Assembly: GCA_951406725.2 (NCBI GenBank)
Contig: OX597827.1
Location: 54,622,001 to 54,686,000, forward strand
Source: Octopus vulgaris
Taxonomy: Eukaryota
Direction of reading: 5' to 3'
Length of the DNA stretch: 64,000 bases
A program made the translations under genes and the position numbers. The notes under the pieces are model-generated. The model was not told where the DNA came from. It saw only the letters and a program-made list of their open reading frames with translations, and did not search any database. Positions within the stretch are counted from its first letter, which is position 1. Each line of letters begins with the position of its first letter. Below, piece after piece: positions 23,935 through 38,149 of this stretch.

Positions 23935-24322
23935 CATGCATGGCTGTGTGCTGTGTGGTATGAAGTTTGCTTTCTACACACACACACAATTCTTGGTTCA
24001 GTCCCATTGTGTGGGACCTTGGGCAAGTGTCTTCTACAATAGCCCTGGACAGGCCAAGGTCTTGTGAATGGATTTGGAAGACGGAAGCTAAAAGAAGCCT
24101 CTGTGTGTGTTTGTTCCCCTCCCCCTCCCACCACTACTTGACAAATGGTGTTTGTTACATCTCTGTAACCAATTGGTTTGGCAAAAGAGACCAATATAAT
24201 AAGTACCTAGCTTAAATAAAAAAAAAACAAATAAAATCAGTAGGGTTAATTCATTTGATTATAAAGCCCTTTAAGGCAGTGCCCCAGCATGACCACAACC
24301 CATAACTGAATTAAGTAAAAGA
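23935..24322 (+). mobile_element. CORE-like SINE, diverged
   Basis: Family match. Confidence 0.8.
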
Positions 24323-25184
24323 TATTTATATAATCATCTTGATACACTAAGTTGGATAATTGTGCTAATTGAATGCATGCATGAATTATTGGTTCAGTTG
24401 TTTTGACAGCTAAAATTTCTCAGTGTAAAATGTATAATAATGTTGAAATGGAAAGCAAATAATCTTAGTGTCTTACTTCAGGCTACGAAACAATAACAAA
24501 CAGTAAGGGAATTTAAACACATGTACTTCTTGAATCAGTGGAATAAATGATTGATTATTCGGCAATCATGCATGTTTTACTAGTGTTGAAAACCCGGAAA
24601 CATTTTATTGACTGTACTTTCCTAGTTTTCATGTTAACATCATTAACTCAACACATGGTTATCTTTAAGAAGACAACCACAGCCAAAAGTTGAATTTGAA
24701 AGGTTAGGCTTCCTAATCAGAATGAGTACATACACTTTACAAAGTAAACACCCGCAGTACATTTCATTCAATTAAGACAGTACTCTGGGTATGCACACCA
24801 CACATACACTGAACTGCACTCAGAAATGATGTCAGCTTGATAAAAGTAAGCCTACACTGAGTAACACCTTTTTTAGCATCGGTTACATTTTAATGTCCTC
24901 TAGCAAAACTATCGTGTGACTGTTTTTAACTCATTAATTCTACATTGTGTTCACTTTAGCTAAGCCCTAACATTTGTTTGTCATTTCTCCCCTAAACACT
25001 TTATTCAATGCATCCCTGTGGAATTGTTCTTGCTCTCACAACACTCTTGTTCAAACTAAAATCATACAATTAATGTCCTTCTTGTTTTATTCCTCTTGTT
25101 TTAGGAGGGGTCACATTTAAAAAAGAAGTCCCTTCTTTTTGTAATACTTGCAATTAAAGAAGAAAAACTGCTAAGATATAATAA

Positions 25185-25980
25185 TCCTTTCTACTACAGG
25201 CACAAGACATGAAATTTGGGGGCAGAAAGCTAGTTGATTACATCAACCCCAGTACTCAACTGGAACTTATTTATTGACCCTGAAAGGATTAACCCCTTAC
25301 CCAACAATTATTTTGAAAATAAATGTATTTTTTCAGACATATTTTTTAATTGTTTTATTTTACTATGTTTTGAATGGTGATTTCAAGGTATATTTCAAAC
25401 CTTATTTATTATGAATTTTAATTCAATAATATTGATTTTAAATTACCGCTTTGGGCAGAAACGAGTTAACCCGTTTTTTTCATAAATCATATTACTTTTA
25501 CAAAAAATCATGTTATTTTATTTGGTTATTGACATGGTGGGGTTATAATATAAAGGTATAAAAAAAACAACGTAAAAACAAAGTGAATACTTCTATTCAT
25601 AAAATGTGCCTTCCAACCCTTCGACTGTCTCCAGGTGACTAAATCATACTCGGTCTTCAATGCCTTACTCAAGCGAAAGGTGGCAGAAATCGTCACTGCC
25701 AGACGTATAAAGTGAGCGAATATACTCGTATATGTCAAAAAAGAGTTTATAATAGACAAAGGAACTCGTTTGCTGTCGATTTTGGCGAGTCTATCTTTTG
25801 ACGAGTTAACTTGCCAGAGATAGAAAAAAACGATTTCGGTCAAAACGCATATATTCGTTTCTGCCGGGTAAGAGGTTAAAGGCAAAGTTGACCTCAGCGA
25901 AATTTAAATTCAATGTAATGACAGATGAAATGCCACTAAGCATTTTCCCCAGCATGCTGTTCTGCCAGCTCACTGCCTTT
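25185..25980 (-). mobile_element. Meta-like SINE split by a piggyBac-like element
   Basis: ...TGAAAGGATTAA [insert] TTAAAGGCAAAGTTGACC... rejoins the family consensus. Confidence 0.8.
25293..25875. mobile_element. Non-autonomous piggyBac-like element
   Basis: TTAA TSDs (25289-25292, 25876-25879); TIRs CCCCTTACCC / GGGTAAGAGG. Confidence 0.85.
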
Positions 25981-26196
25981 TGCTAAGATATAATAATAAT
26001 GTTGCCATTGGAGAGCAGTGATGCATTTTAGAAAATATATCTAGTGCCAAATAATTAAAACTGTTGCTCTAACACTGAAGATTAAAATAGGTCAATTTAT
26101 AAAATTCAAATAATGAATTCTCCTCAAGTACTGAAGTATTTTAGTACTTTAAAAGGAGAAATCCATTTTGTAACAGAACTTGTGAGAGGGAAAATT

Positions 26197-26410
26197 CATT
26201 CAGATTACTCTGTCAAATGTAATACTTATTTATTTACATTATTTTGAATAAATTATGTGTTGTCTCATGACTTCAAGATTTTGATGATGTCATTGTTTAT
26301 TTTCAGAATGACATTGTAGGGTAGGTGTGAGATGTTGGATCTGGCCACTTTGAATGTAAAAGGCAGAATGTTTTGACCAGATATCGTTGATTTAAATACT
26401 AAAAAGTTAA
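26197..26410 (+). mobile_element. piggyBac-like MITE, family A (diverged)
   Basis: Matches 51125-51345; further copies at ~29385-29600 (-), 30781-31002, 36178-36396 (-), 60855-61040. Confidence 0.75.
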
Positions 26411-26802
26411 ACATTTAAAACTTTAAAACATCTCTCTCTCTCTCTCTTCCTCTATTCCTCTCTCGCTTCCTCTCTCTCCCCCTCTTTTCCTTCTTTTAGC
26501 TTTTATCCTATCCTATCTTTCTTTGTATATGAATGCTTTCATAAATAAATAGCTCAAAAGGGTCAAATGCTTAGATCCTGTTTCATGACATTGTATCAAT
26601 GAGAGATAAATGTTCTCAAGAGAATGTTAGTCTGTAGTTATGCTGGGGCATAGACCTCAGTATGTTATACAACTTTGAGCTGAATCACCATGAGCTGGTT
26701 GTTCAATGCTATATCTGTTTATTTTTCATTTTTTTAATCTCTTGTTTTGTAAATAAATCACACACACACACACACATACATCTATACATATGTATGTATA
26801 TA

Positions 26803-26853
<51 letters not shown>

Positions 26854-26856
26854 CAT

Positions 26857-27234
26857 ACAGGCATGGCTGTGTGGTGAGAAGCTTGCTTCTCAACCACATG
26901 GTTCCAGGTTCAGTCCCACTGTGTGACACCTTTAAGCAAATATCCTCTACTATAGCCTTGGGCTGACTGAATATTTGGTAGATGGAAACTGGAAGAAGCC
27001 TGACATATATAATGTATGTATCTATGTTTTTGTGTCTGTGTTAGTCCCTCCCCCTTTGACTGCTTGACCACCAGTGTTGGTGTGTTAATGGACCCCGTAA
27101 CTTAGCGGTTTGGCAAAAGAGACTGATAGAATAAGTACTAAGCTTAAAAAATAAGTTCTGGGGTTGATTTGTTTGACTAAAACCCTTCAAGGTGGCGCTC
27201 CAGCATGGCTGCAGTCAAATGACTGAAACAAATG

Positions 27235-27235
<1 letters not shown>
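26857..27235 (+). mobile_element. CORE-like SINE
   Basis: Family match. Confidence 0.9.
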
Positions 27236-27271
<36 letters not shown>

Positions 27272-27852
27272 CATGATGTGAACTAGAGAACTTCCTACCA
27301 AACCCATAAGAGAAACCTCTATGTGATTACTTAAACTGTTGGAAATAAAAGCCAAATCTAATTTTACACATATAAATACTTATTAAATCAGACCAGAGAA
27401 TGTGTTAAATTAATAAGGCACTAAAAGAGAATGACTTTCTCCAGACACAAAATCATATATTAATACACTTTCATCTTAAAAAAGGAAAAAAAAAAGGTAA
27501 GGACAAGTTAAATAATCTTGTCTTAGATATGAATACAATAGGTTCTCACAAATATAATATTACGAGTTAAAAACTCCAATCATGTGAAATTATTCAAGCA
27601 ATTTGATAAACAACAAAACAAAAGCAACCATGTAAACATAATTTCAAAGCATCAGAGACTAGATCTAGTTCATTATCCATTTTAAAGTGTTTGCATCTAC
27701 AATAAAACATTCCCACATCGTTTAAGAAATATTTATGTGAATTATGTTCCAAATGCTCAGCTCGTTAATCCCTAAATTCTTGGTTATTTCAAAATGATTA
27801 AAACACATGGGCAGTGTTTTTTTTATTAGAAATACAATTATAAAAGAGTTAG

Positions 27853-28244
27853 CCTTTTTGATACCGATCCACCTGAGACTGTTCCTGGTTCTACAATTCA
27901 AACTTTCCATTTAAAAGTGATTTAAATTAAGACCTTCCATCAAAATTTAAATCGTGTTCCATACACCAGCTTAATAATGATTTCAAATTTTTGTACATGT
28001 ATGTGTGTTTAACTGGCACTTATTTTATCGACCCTGAAAGAATGAAAGGCAAAGTTTACCTCAACAGAATTGTAACTTGGAACGTAAAGACTGACATTTT
28101 GCCCAGTGTGCTATCACATCTGCCAGTTTGCTGCCTTTAAATGCCATCTTGATAATGACAGTTATGGTATCAAATTCTTCATTCTTTTCAAAATTAATTG
28201 AAACAATAGCCATGTATTTCAACAGAAATATGGTAACAAGAGGG
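27853..28244. mobile_element. piggyBac-like MITE, family B, with a nested SINE fragment
   Basis: TTAG-CCTTTTTGATACC ... GGTAACAAGAGGG-TTAA ends; Meta-like SINE piece at ~28010-28138. Confidence 0.6.
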
Positions 28245-28954
28245 TTAAAGCATACCATATCTAAGAATTACGATCCAATTGGGAATACTTTTAGAAGTAG
28301 TTCTGATTCATTTTCATCTCCCAAGTAGAGATGATATCCAGAGAAAAGTAAATAATGAAATAAGTGTTTATTAATGGGTGTTTTCAGCAGTCCATATTGA
28401 TTAACTGATGAAGAAATGGAAACAGTTTTAGTTAGATATATAGTTTTTATTTTTAATGTTAGTCTGGATGTTTTCCAACATTATCTGTTTTCTGCGATGC
28501 ACATCTATGAAACAGTTATCAAAATCTCAGAACTCATTATATTAGTTAATTGAATAAGTGGACTTATCATTTGAAAGATATGTTATTTTCTATTTATTTT
28601 CGTCCCACCCTGAAAAGAAATTGTGGTAACCTTGTGATAGTTATCATCGTAGTTCTACAAGATATACCCTTTCTTATAGTGACACTTTAAGGCTTATAAG
28701 AGAGAAAATGTATTTCTATTTGTTCTCATTTTTGCATCTACACACTGTAATAACATGAGAAACTAGAGCAGTTGTCTTTTTTCTTTGTTTTCTTTTTCAA
28801 TTTTCATCTGTTTTTCTACACAGCAATGACATACAAGTCCAAGTGTTTTATAAAGGAAAATCTTTACTACTTCCAGCTAAGAAATATGTGTAACTGAACC
28901 AATTAGACAGCCTCTATACAGGTGCTAAACCTGCTAGAAATAGTAGCCAAACTA

Positions 28955-29186
28955 AGGCGGTGAACTGGCAGAAACGTTAGCACGCCGATTGAAATACTTA
29001 GCGATATTTTGTCTGTCTTTATGTTCTGAGTTCAAATTCCACCGAGGTCAACTTTGCCTTTCATCCTTTCGGGGTTGATAAATTAAGTACCAGTTATGCA
29101 CTGGAGTCGATGTAATCGACTTAATCCCTTTGTCTGTCCTTGTTTGACCCCTTTATGTTTAGCCCCTTATGGGCAATAAAGAAACA
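28955..29186 (+). mobile_element. Meta-like SINE
   Basis: 16-bp TSD AGAAATAGTAGCCAAA (28936-28951, 29187-29202). Confidence 0.9.
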
Positions 29187-32100
29187 AGAAATAGTAGCCA
29201 AATATTCCACAAATAGTATACTTGGAAGAACACAAGGTAGTCATGGCTTGAAAAGTTTCGATCAGAGATCTGCCCATTTAGGGCCAAAATTTGTAGTAAT
29301 ATTAACTATTAAAAAACTTCTACATAGCCATTTCATTTATTCAATTTTCTAGCTGATTATCTGTTAATAGATTCCTATCCATCTTTAACCCTTTACTAAA
29401 TCTGGCCAAAAAGTTCTTCCTGTTTTATGTTCAAATTGGCCAGGTTCAGCCTCTTACACCTATACTACAATGTTAGTCTAAAATATATACAGTCACTTAA
29501 TTGAAATTTCAAAGCTGCCAGATTATGCAGGATAAATTCAAAACAATGTGAATAAATATGCATTACTTTTGATGGAATAATCTAGAAGCTAAAGGATTAA
29601 TATGACCCTTTTTTTAAAAAAACAATTCCAAAATAATAAAACAATCTGCCTCTTGATAAAAACTGATTAACCTGTCTTGGCAATATTATTTGAAACCTGT
29701 CCTTTTGTTAGCTATATTGTTGATTATTTAAAGTAGAACTGACTAGAGGTTCTTCATTTGTGAATTTACTTTCAGCAAAATATTTTGTTGAAGAAAGTTA
29801 TGTTCTTTTACATTCTAGCTTTAGAGTCTTTTCAGTCTAACACCTCTCTTCCCTATAAATTTATGGTTTGTCCCATAAATAGGTGCAGGCAAGGCTGGTT
29901 GGATACAGAGTTTACTTCAAAACCATGTAGCGATCAAAACAGGAAGTTTGCATCTTAGAATCAGAGGTGGTTTCAGTCAGGTTGTTATCAAAAGGGTTAA
30001 ACTTTGGGAGTATTAAAGCAAAAAATATGCAGTTAAACTATAACTTTTCAAAAATTGTGTCACTATAAGAAATTATTTTTGAGAACTACTTTGTGTTTAT
30101 GACTATGGTCACAGCTTTTTCATTTGAACTACCAGTCTTTGGAACTCTCTTCTATCTCGTTGTTTTCTCCCTTCGTATGATCTGAACTCGTTCAAGTCTA
30201 AAGCAAATTCATTCCTTTTGTCTTAATTTCTTCTTCTTCATAGTTCCTGACACTAAGTAGCTTCCTGTATTGTTTGCGATTTTCTAAAGTGAAAAAAAAA
30301 AAAAAGAAAACAGTGTAAACTTCTGACTCAAATTCATTATTTGGTGATTGTTCAGGAAGCAGTGGTAAAGCCATTAACATATAGGACAAAATGCATTGCT
30401 CTATTTATTAGATCTCTGTAATCTAGGTTCAAGTTCTGCTATGGTCAACTTTGCTTTTTGTCCTTTCAGGGTCAATAAAATAAAGTACTAGTTCAGAGAA
30501 GTTAGTGCTGGATGAAATGCTTTCCACCATTTTCTTGAATCACTGTGTTCCAAATTTTTGGGTAACAATACTAGCTTGTCTTCGGGTATTCTTAGCAGAA
30601 TTTATTCTGTTACAGGATTATGGACATTGCCATTCCTCCTTAAGCTGAATAATAAAAACAATAAAATCAAGTAGAGCTATACTCAAAAGTGTTCTGGTCA
30701 AGACCATTTTGGAAGTCTTTTCTTATCTCTTAGTTTACTTAGGACTACATTATCTCTGTCCTTCCTTTATTCTTCTTAAGCCTTTTAACATTCAGCTTTC
30801 TCTGCCAAATGTAATGCTTATTTATTCATATTGTTTTGAATTAATTATGCATTATCTTGTAGCTTTGAGATTTTGATGAGATTGTTTCTATTTAGAATGA
30901 CATTGTAGGATCCATGTGAGAGGCCAAATCTGGTTGGTTTAAACATAAAACTGGTAGAATATTTGGATTGGATCTAGCCCCAGTTCAAATGCTAATGGGT
31001 TGGGTGATTTCAAGAAGAATAGGCTGCTACTTCTAGCAGATCAAGCAATCATATAACAACTCTGTCTTCATCTCTTGTAACTATTTCCACTTCACTCATT
31101 TTGCTGTTATTCAATGAGTAGGCATGAACATCACAATGTGTACATGAAACCCATTTCGTCCTCCTTTATTGTCAATTGAGCGTAATAATTGTCTACTGAT
31201 GGATATCTATCTGTTTTAAGTTAAGTAGCTGATGCTATCACACCAGTATGAGATAAATAAAATATTCACTGATAGAGCCATTCATTGATTTCTAATGTAA
31301 TATCAATTTGTCTATTGAAGTTTTTCCATTAATTATACATTTTTTGTGGGGGTTTTTTCTACCCTTTTTCATAATCTTATATTTGCCAGCAAGGGAGAAG
31401 AGATTTTAATTCCCATCTTCAGTTTGACTCAACATACAGTGCTACAAGTCTACACTGGAGAGGTGTTGTCAAATAAACTGATCCTATTTGTTGACCCTGG
31501 AGTGGTGAAAGACAGAGCTGACTCAAATGAGATTTGAACTTAGAATATTGGTGGATTTTAATATAAACATTGTAAGGCATTTTCTCTGGGATTCCACTAT
31601 TTCTGCTGTCAGTAAAAATGACATTATATAGCTCCATTCATTAACACTTCACTTATTGTCAAGATTCAGTGACATTTGTCCAGATTATTCTAATTCAGGC
31701 CCAAACTGTCTTTAGATTCTCAACAACATCATCATCATCATCACTCTCTCTTTTTCTCTCTCTCTCTCTCTCTCTCTTATTACCTTTATCTCTAACCCTC
31801 TCTTTATTTCCTTTCTTTCTCCCTCTTTATTTTATCTCACTTTCCCCCTTATTTTCTTCTTCATTCTCTTTATTTCTCTCACACATTTATCCCAGACAAT
31901 CTACTGAGTGGTTATCTTTAAATCAGCCAGTTTATTCTTGAACTGTGTGATCATATCGCTCTCATTGCTGTTTTATTGTTTGACTTGACTTGATGTATTA
32001 TTATGTCTCAGTTTTGTGACTGATTCTCAGATAATGGTTATTTGTAATAACTTACTGTCCTATCCACGTTGTGCCTTAACTTCTAAAGCATTGAATTCTA

Positions 32101-32324
32101 AGAGTTACTTAAACATTTTTCTTGATCCACCTAGCTTCTTATCTCTTTGTTAGGTTGAAATAAGTTGCTGTTAATACTACTAATATTTAGTTTAAATTGT
32201 TTCATTTAACATTATGATGTATTAATTTATTTTAGCTGAAAGAATTATTGGCATGCTGGACAAAATGTTTAGTGACATTTCATTTAGTTTTATATAATGG
32301 GTTCAAATGCTACCAAGCTATGAC

Positions 32325-32510
32325 TGGCAGCGAGCTGGCAGAATTGTTAGCATGCTGGACAAAATGCTGAATGGTATTTCTACTGACTTTTCATGAGTTC
32401 AGATTCCACTGAGGTCAACTTTGCCTTTCTCCTTTCAAGGTCAATAAAATAAGTACCAGCAGAGCATTGGAGTCGATGAAATTGGCTAACCTCCTCCCTG
32501 CAAATTGCAG
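32325..32510 (+). mobile_element. Meta-like SINE
   Basis: Family match. Confidence 0.8.
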
Positions 32511-32539
32511 GTTATCTGCTTGCTTATTTAATTTTTTTA

Positions 32540-32843
32540 TGCGCCCTTTTCAAGCCTAACCAGGCTTGTGGGCCAGTTTCCCAGTTTCTGTGGCATATGT
32601 GTTCCCCCCAGCTGGACGGGATGTCAGTCCATCACAGCGTTACTCAAGAAACAGGAAGAGAGAATAAGAGAAAGTTGGGGTGAAAGAGTACAACAGGGGT
32701 CGCCCCCCGCCCCTGCTGAAGCCTCGTGGAGCTTTTAGGTGTTTTCGCTCAATAAACACATACAATGCCTGGTCTGGGAATTGAAACCATGATCCTCCGA
32801 CCATGAGTCCACTGCACTAACCAGTGGGCCATTGCGCCTCCAC
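32540..32843 (-). mobile_element. V-like SINE, subfamily 2
   Basis: tRNA head GTGGAGGCGCAATGGCCC; V-like CTGTGATGGACTGACATCCCGTCCAG. Confidence 0.8.
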
Positions 32844-32847
32844 ATGT

Positions 32848-33092
32848 CACTTCTCAAGCCATGACAGGCTCATAAGGGCTGGTTTCCCGGTTTCAGTGGC
32901 GTAAAACTTCCCCACCTGGACAGGACGCCAGTTCATCGCAGGATTACTCATTTTTGCCAGCTGAGTGGACTGGAGCAATGTGAAATGAAATGTTTTGCTC
33001 AAGAACACAACGCATCACCCAGTCCAGGAATCGAAACTACAACCTTACGATCATGAGGTCAACACCCTAACCACTAAGCCATACACCTCCAC
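32848..33092 (-). mobile_element. V-like SINE, subfamily 3 (different middle domain)
   Basis: tRNA head, TTGAGCAAAACATTTC...CCACTCAGCTGGCAAAAATGAGTA middle, V-like CCTGCGATGAACTGGCGTCCTGTCCAGG. Confidence 0.8.
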
Positions 33093-33231
33093 ATGTGCTT
33101 GTAGTAGAAAGAATTATTGTTAAAGCCAGAAGCCATCAAAATCATTTGCTGGACAAAATGCTTAGCCCCTTTTTTCTTACCATTTATCTGTTGAAGCACA
33201 CTACCTTTGTTTCAATTAATTCTGAAAGTAT

Positions 33232-33637
33232 TACTCTTTTACTTGTTTCAGTCATTTGACTGTGGCCATGCTGGAGCACTGCCTTTAGTCGAGCAAATCG
33301 ACCCCAGGACTTATTCTTTGTTAGCCTAGTACTTATTCTATTGGTCTCTTTTGCCGAACCGCTAAGTTACGGGGACGTTAACACACCACCATCAGTTGTC
33401 AAGCAATGTTTGGGGGACAAACACAGACACAAACATACACACACACACACACATATATATATACATATATACATATATATGACAGGCTTCTTTCAGTTTC
33501 CCTCTACCAAATCCACTCACAAGGCTTTGGGCAGCCTGAGGTTATAGTAGAAGACACTTGCCCAAGGTGCCACACAGTGGGACTGAACCTGGAACCATGT
33601 GGTTCGTAAGCAAGCTACTTACCACACAGCCACTCCT
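33232..33637 (-). mobile_element. CORE-like SINE
   Basis: Family match. Confidence 0.9.
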
Positions 33638-34206
33638 AACCTCTAAAAAAAAAAAGAAAATTATTATTCAGTTTATAAATTGAGCCTTTCATCACTTTCA
33701 CAATTTTTTAGTGAAACGAACGAAGGTAAGAGATAATTATAATGAAAATTTATGTTGGTAAACTGCCGTTTTTGAAAACCATAAATGGGATTTTTGGGGG
33801 TTCATTATTTTATTTATTTATTTTTCAAAAGAGTTTAGTGACAGCAGTTAGCAGCTGTATATCAAGAAACTCTCTTATTGTATCAATAAATACATCTGGA
33901 CATAATTTATGCTAATGTTGTTGGAATGAGGAAGGTAATCTAACCAGAAAGCTGCTGCATGTGAGCTATTGGAGCGGTATGGGGAGATATGAATATGTAT
34001 ATATGCATGTGTGTATAATTTTTTTTTAACATCTATGTAAATGAAGATGTCTATATCTGTTTTAATCTACATGTATAGTTTGCTTACACTGCCCCCCATC
34101 TATCTATCTACCCTGCCACACACACACACACACACACGCACATCTATTTATCTACAAACACATCTTTTTCTCTTTCTCTCCAGACACACTCACACACATC
34201 TATTTA

Positions 34207-34275
<69 letters not shown>

Positions 34276-35948
34276 CCACATATACACACACACACACCCT
34301 TCTCTTTAATGACCTTGGTTTTCTCTTGTCATTCCCTCTTTACGTAACCCAGCTGTGTGAAAAAAAAAAGGAGCAGATGATGCAGGTAATTGGAAACTCT
34401 ATAAGCCTTGCCTGGGACAAGACAACCCCTGGGAAGCTGATGAACAAGGAGAGAGACAGTGCAGAATTAACATTACTCTTTAATCAGGCAGGGAACAAGA
34501 CAACCTCTCTAGTGTCAGTGCCATGATAAAAATGTACCCAATGCACTCTGTATGTAAAGGAATGGAATTCTGTTGCTGAAACCAGAATAAGAATTGGCTT
34601 AGACAGGAACAACCTATCCAAACCATGCCAGCATGGAAAAGTGGGTGTAAAATGGTCATGACGATGATGATGATGATATGCCTGTCCATCTATGTCTGTA
34701 GCTGGCTGGCTGTAATTGTCTGTCTAGCTGTCTGCCTGGCTGTCGGTCTGTCTGATTTTGGCTATTTGACTGTCTGTCTGCATTGCTGTGTCTCTGTCAA
34801 TCAATATTGATGATGATGGGTTTTTTCTTCTTTGTATTATAATCTGTTTGAAATGCATGAATAATACATAATGATCTTGACTACAAACATGTCCATACAG
34901 TTAAATTTATTGTCAGCAAAATAGTAATTAGTTTTTTTCCGAATCATCTTAATTCAGTCCTGTGGATCTTCTTTTATTTTCGTTCTCCAGCCCCTCTTTT
35001 GCTGGGTTTTAAAAGCCTTTGAAATTAAATCCAGGAATGAAACTCAGATGCTGACCAGTAGAGAAGAGGTACATCTTTATAATAATCTAAATCCCTGCTC
35101 TGTTTTTACTTGTAGCTATACATTTCAATTCAAAATTTTGTTTATAACATTTATAAAGAAAAAAGAGAAATAAGAAAGGAAAAATGGGGAGTAGGGGGTA
35201 AAGCAGCATAAGATAAAGGGGAAAGAGGCGATGGGCTTCGTACCCCAGAACATATGGTATGCTCAGCCTCACCCCACAGTAATGACTGTGATGGCGTTAC
35301 TGTGGAGACTGGCCTGTGACACTCACTGCAGCGGCCCCTTCACCTTGCAGGGTCTCATTTCTCTGACAGGCCATTATTGTCCCTATTTTGTGGAGGAAAT
35401 TGGTAGTACAAGGTCTGAAAACACCTGATGTCTCAATGCTGACCAGCACAAACTGATAGTGGCCAGTCTGGCCCCTTCAATTATTGATTGTTTTCATTTG
35501 TCTTCTGTGCTTGTTTGTGTGTAACCTTGCCTTGACATTAAAGAAGTTGAGTAACTAAGTAGCTTCCAGTACTAAGTAGCTTGTGAGTTTATATTTTACA
35601 ATAGGTATTGTATATAGTATGATACTTCATCTCACTTGCCTTTTGAATTTATATCTTGTCTGAGGAATTATTATTACTGTTGTCTTCATCATTATTTTTA
35701 ATGTTCACTTTTTCTTGCATTTTATAGGTCAGATGGAGTTTATTGAGGTCAATTTCCTAAGGCCAGATTCCTATCCTGTCATTAACTCTCACCCTTTTTC
35801 AGACAAGATAATATTTTCCCATGGTTAGACATGTTCTTGGAAATGAGTGACACTGCATATATGACAGTGATGCTCACTTAAGAGTATCAAGCAATGTGTC
35901 ATAGCAAGGTTATATACAAACATGCACACAACATATATATTACATACA

Positions 35949-36009
<61 letters not shown>

Positions 36010-36013
<4 letters not shown>

Positions 36014-36482
36014 GTTGGTGCATAATTATTGTGGCTTTTTTTCAACAAATTTTATTCAACAAAAACAATAACAACATGTAACAAAAACATCTTTAAATGA
36101 TTATTCCGGAGCATATTCACCATCTACTTCAATTACTGCTTCCCATTTTCTTGGCAGATGGCCAGACCGTCATTTAACCCTTTAGTATTTAAACTGGCCA
36201 TATCCGGCCAAAATAGCTAATCTGTTTTATGTTCAAACTGACCAGATCCACGCCCTCACACCTACCCTACAATGTTATTCTACATTAAGTAATTACACCA
36301 TCAAGCTCTTGAAGATATGAGATAATGCATGATTAATTCAAATCAATGTGAATCAATAAGCATTATGTTTGATAGAATAATCTGAACACTAAAGGGTTAA
36401 AGATGTTTTTGTTAAATAATGTTATTGTTTTTGTTGAATAAAATTTGTTGAAAAAAAGCCTCAAAATTATGCACCAACCCAA
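36010..36482. mobile_element. Mariner-derived MITE with nested piggyBac-like MITE (36178-36396)
   Basis: TA-flanked TIRs TTGGGTTGGTGCATAA; transposase C-terminus LPRKWEAVIEVDGEY on the minus strand; nested element has TTAA TSDs. Confidence 0.85.
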
Positions 36483-36705
36483 TATATATATATATAAAAC
36501 ATATGTATTTACACACAACAGGCTTCTTTCAGTTTCCATCTACCAAACCTACTCACAAGGCTTTGGTTGACTCAGGGCTATAGTGGAAGACAATTGCTTA
36601 AGATTTCACACAGTTGGACTGAACTCAAAATCATGTGATTGAAAAGCAAACTTTTCAAGCACACAGCCATACCTGCTCCAACTGTAGTTATTTTAAAGTT
36701 GGTAA

Positions 36706-36920
36706 AGGCAGTGAACTGGCAGAACCGTTAACACACTAGGCAGAATGCTTAGCAGCATTTCATCCTTTTTTACATTCTGCTTTCAAATTTTGCTTGGGTT
36801 GTCTTTGCCTTTCATCTTTTTGAGGTCAATAAAATTAGTACCTGTTGCATACTGGGTCAATGCAATCGACTTATCCCCTCTGCCTGAAACTGCTGGCCTT
36901 GTGCTAAAATTTAAAACCAT
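36706..36920 (+). mobile_element. Meta-like SINE, diverged
   Basis: Family match. Confidence 0.75.
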
Positions 36921-37693
36921 TATTTTAAAGTTGGTGTCTTGCCGTACTAGATGCTTTCAGTTACACCCCTTTGATTGGAATTCTCACTGACGTGAGATTT
37001 GTTTTTCATTTCTACTTCAACAATAAGATGAATACCACAGTTAGATTGATTAACTCAGTCATACCTTCTCCATCAAACTTTCATCTACAAGTTAGTGCCA
37101 ATGTAAGAAATCATTAATATTTAATGCCATTTATAGGGTGGCTGATGGCAGAAGCAGGAAGGTACTAAATACCTTGTGCAACTTTACTTAACATGTTTTC
37201 ATGGTCAATAAGATAAAGTATCATTCAAGTACTAATGTTGATTAAAATGACCGAATTTCTTGTCGTCAAAATGGTGGCTTTGTGTTTAAGTTGGAAATCA
37301 ATATTTTGTTCCATTTCTACATTCAGATTGTTTTACAAAGCTCTGTTATTCTAACACTTTGATATTGAATCTATATTGCAATCAGCCACGATATCACTTT
37401 CATTAAACAATGTGTTAATCACACTCTTGAAACACCCTTGTAAATAAAATCATGTTTTTTGTTTATTTCTTTTTTGTTTTCCTTTTTTTATTTCTAATTT
37501 TAAAAAAAAATGTATTACTATCTTTTATATATCATGATACAAATTATTACTGTCTATAAGTGGTGCGATAATAAAAGTGGGAGACCATTTGATTAAATAA
37601 GGGCTTAGTAGTATTTAGATGGGATTTGTGGAGCATCAGAAGACACTACAAATCTGAATAAACTTTAAAATGAAAATAGTGAATTGACAGAAT

Positions 37694-38075
37694 TACTCTT
37701 TTACTTGTTTCAGTCATTTGACTGCAGCCATGCTGGAGCACCGCCTTTAGTCGAACAAATCGACCCCAGGACTTATTCTTTGTAAGCCTAGTACTTATTC
37801 TATCTGTCTCTTTTACCGAACTGCTAAGTTATGGGGACGTATACACACCAGCATCGGTTGTCAAGCGATGTTGGGGGGAACAAACAAACACACACACACA
37901 CGCACACACATATGACGGGCTTCTTTCAGTTTCCCTTTACCAAATCCACTCACAAGGCTTTGGTTGGCCCGAGGCTATAGTTGAAGACACTTGCCCAAGG
38001 TGCCATGCAGTGGAACTGAACCCAGAACCATATGGTTCGTAAGCAAGCTACTTATTACACAGCCACTCCTATGCC
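37694..38075 (-). mobile_element. CORE-like SINE
   Basis: Family match. Confidence 0.9.
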
Positions 38076-38149
38076 TATGGTTGAATTTCAAACTGAATAG
38101 CTTTTGGTTTTTATTGGAATCGACTGAAGGAAGGTATTGTGTTTGTCTG

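Noticed and set aside
28400-28432. CTGATGA-agaaatg-GAAACAGTT
   Set aside because: No stem II and only a weak AT stem I; compatible with chance
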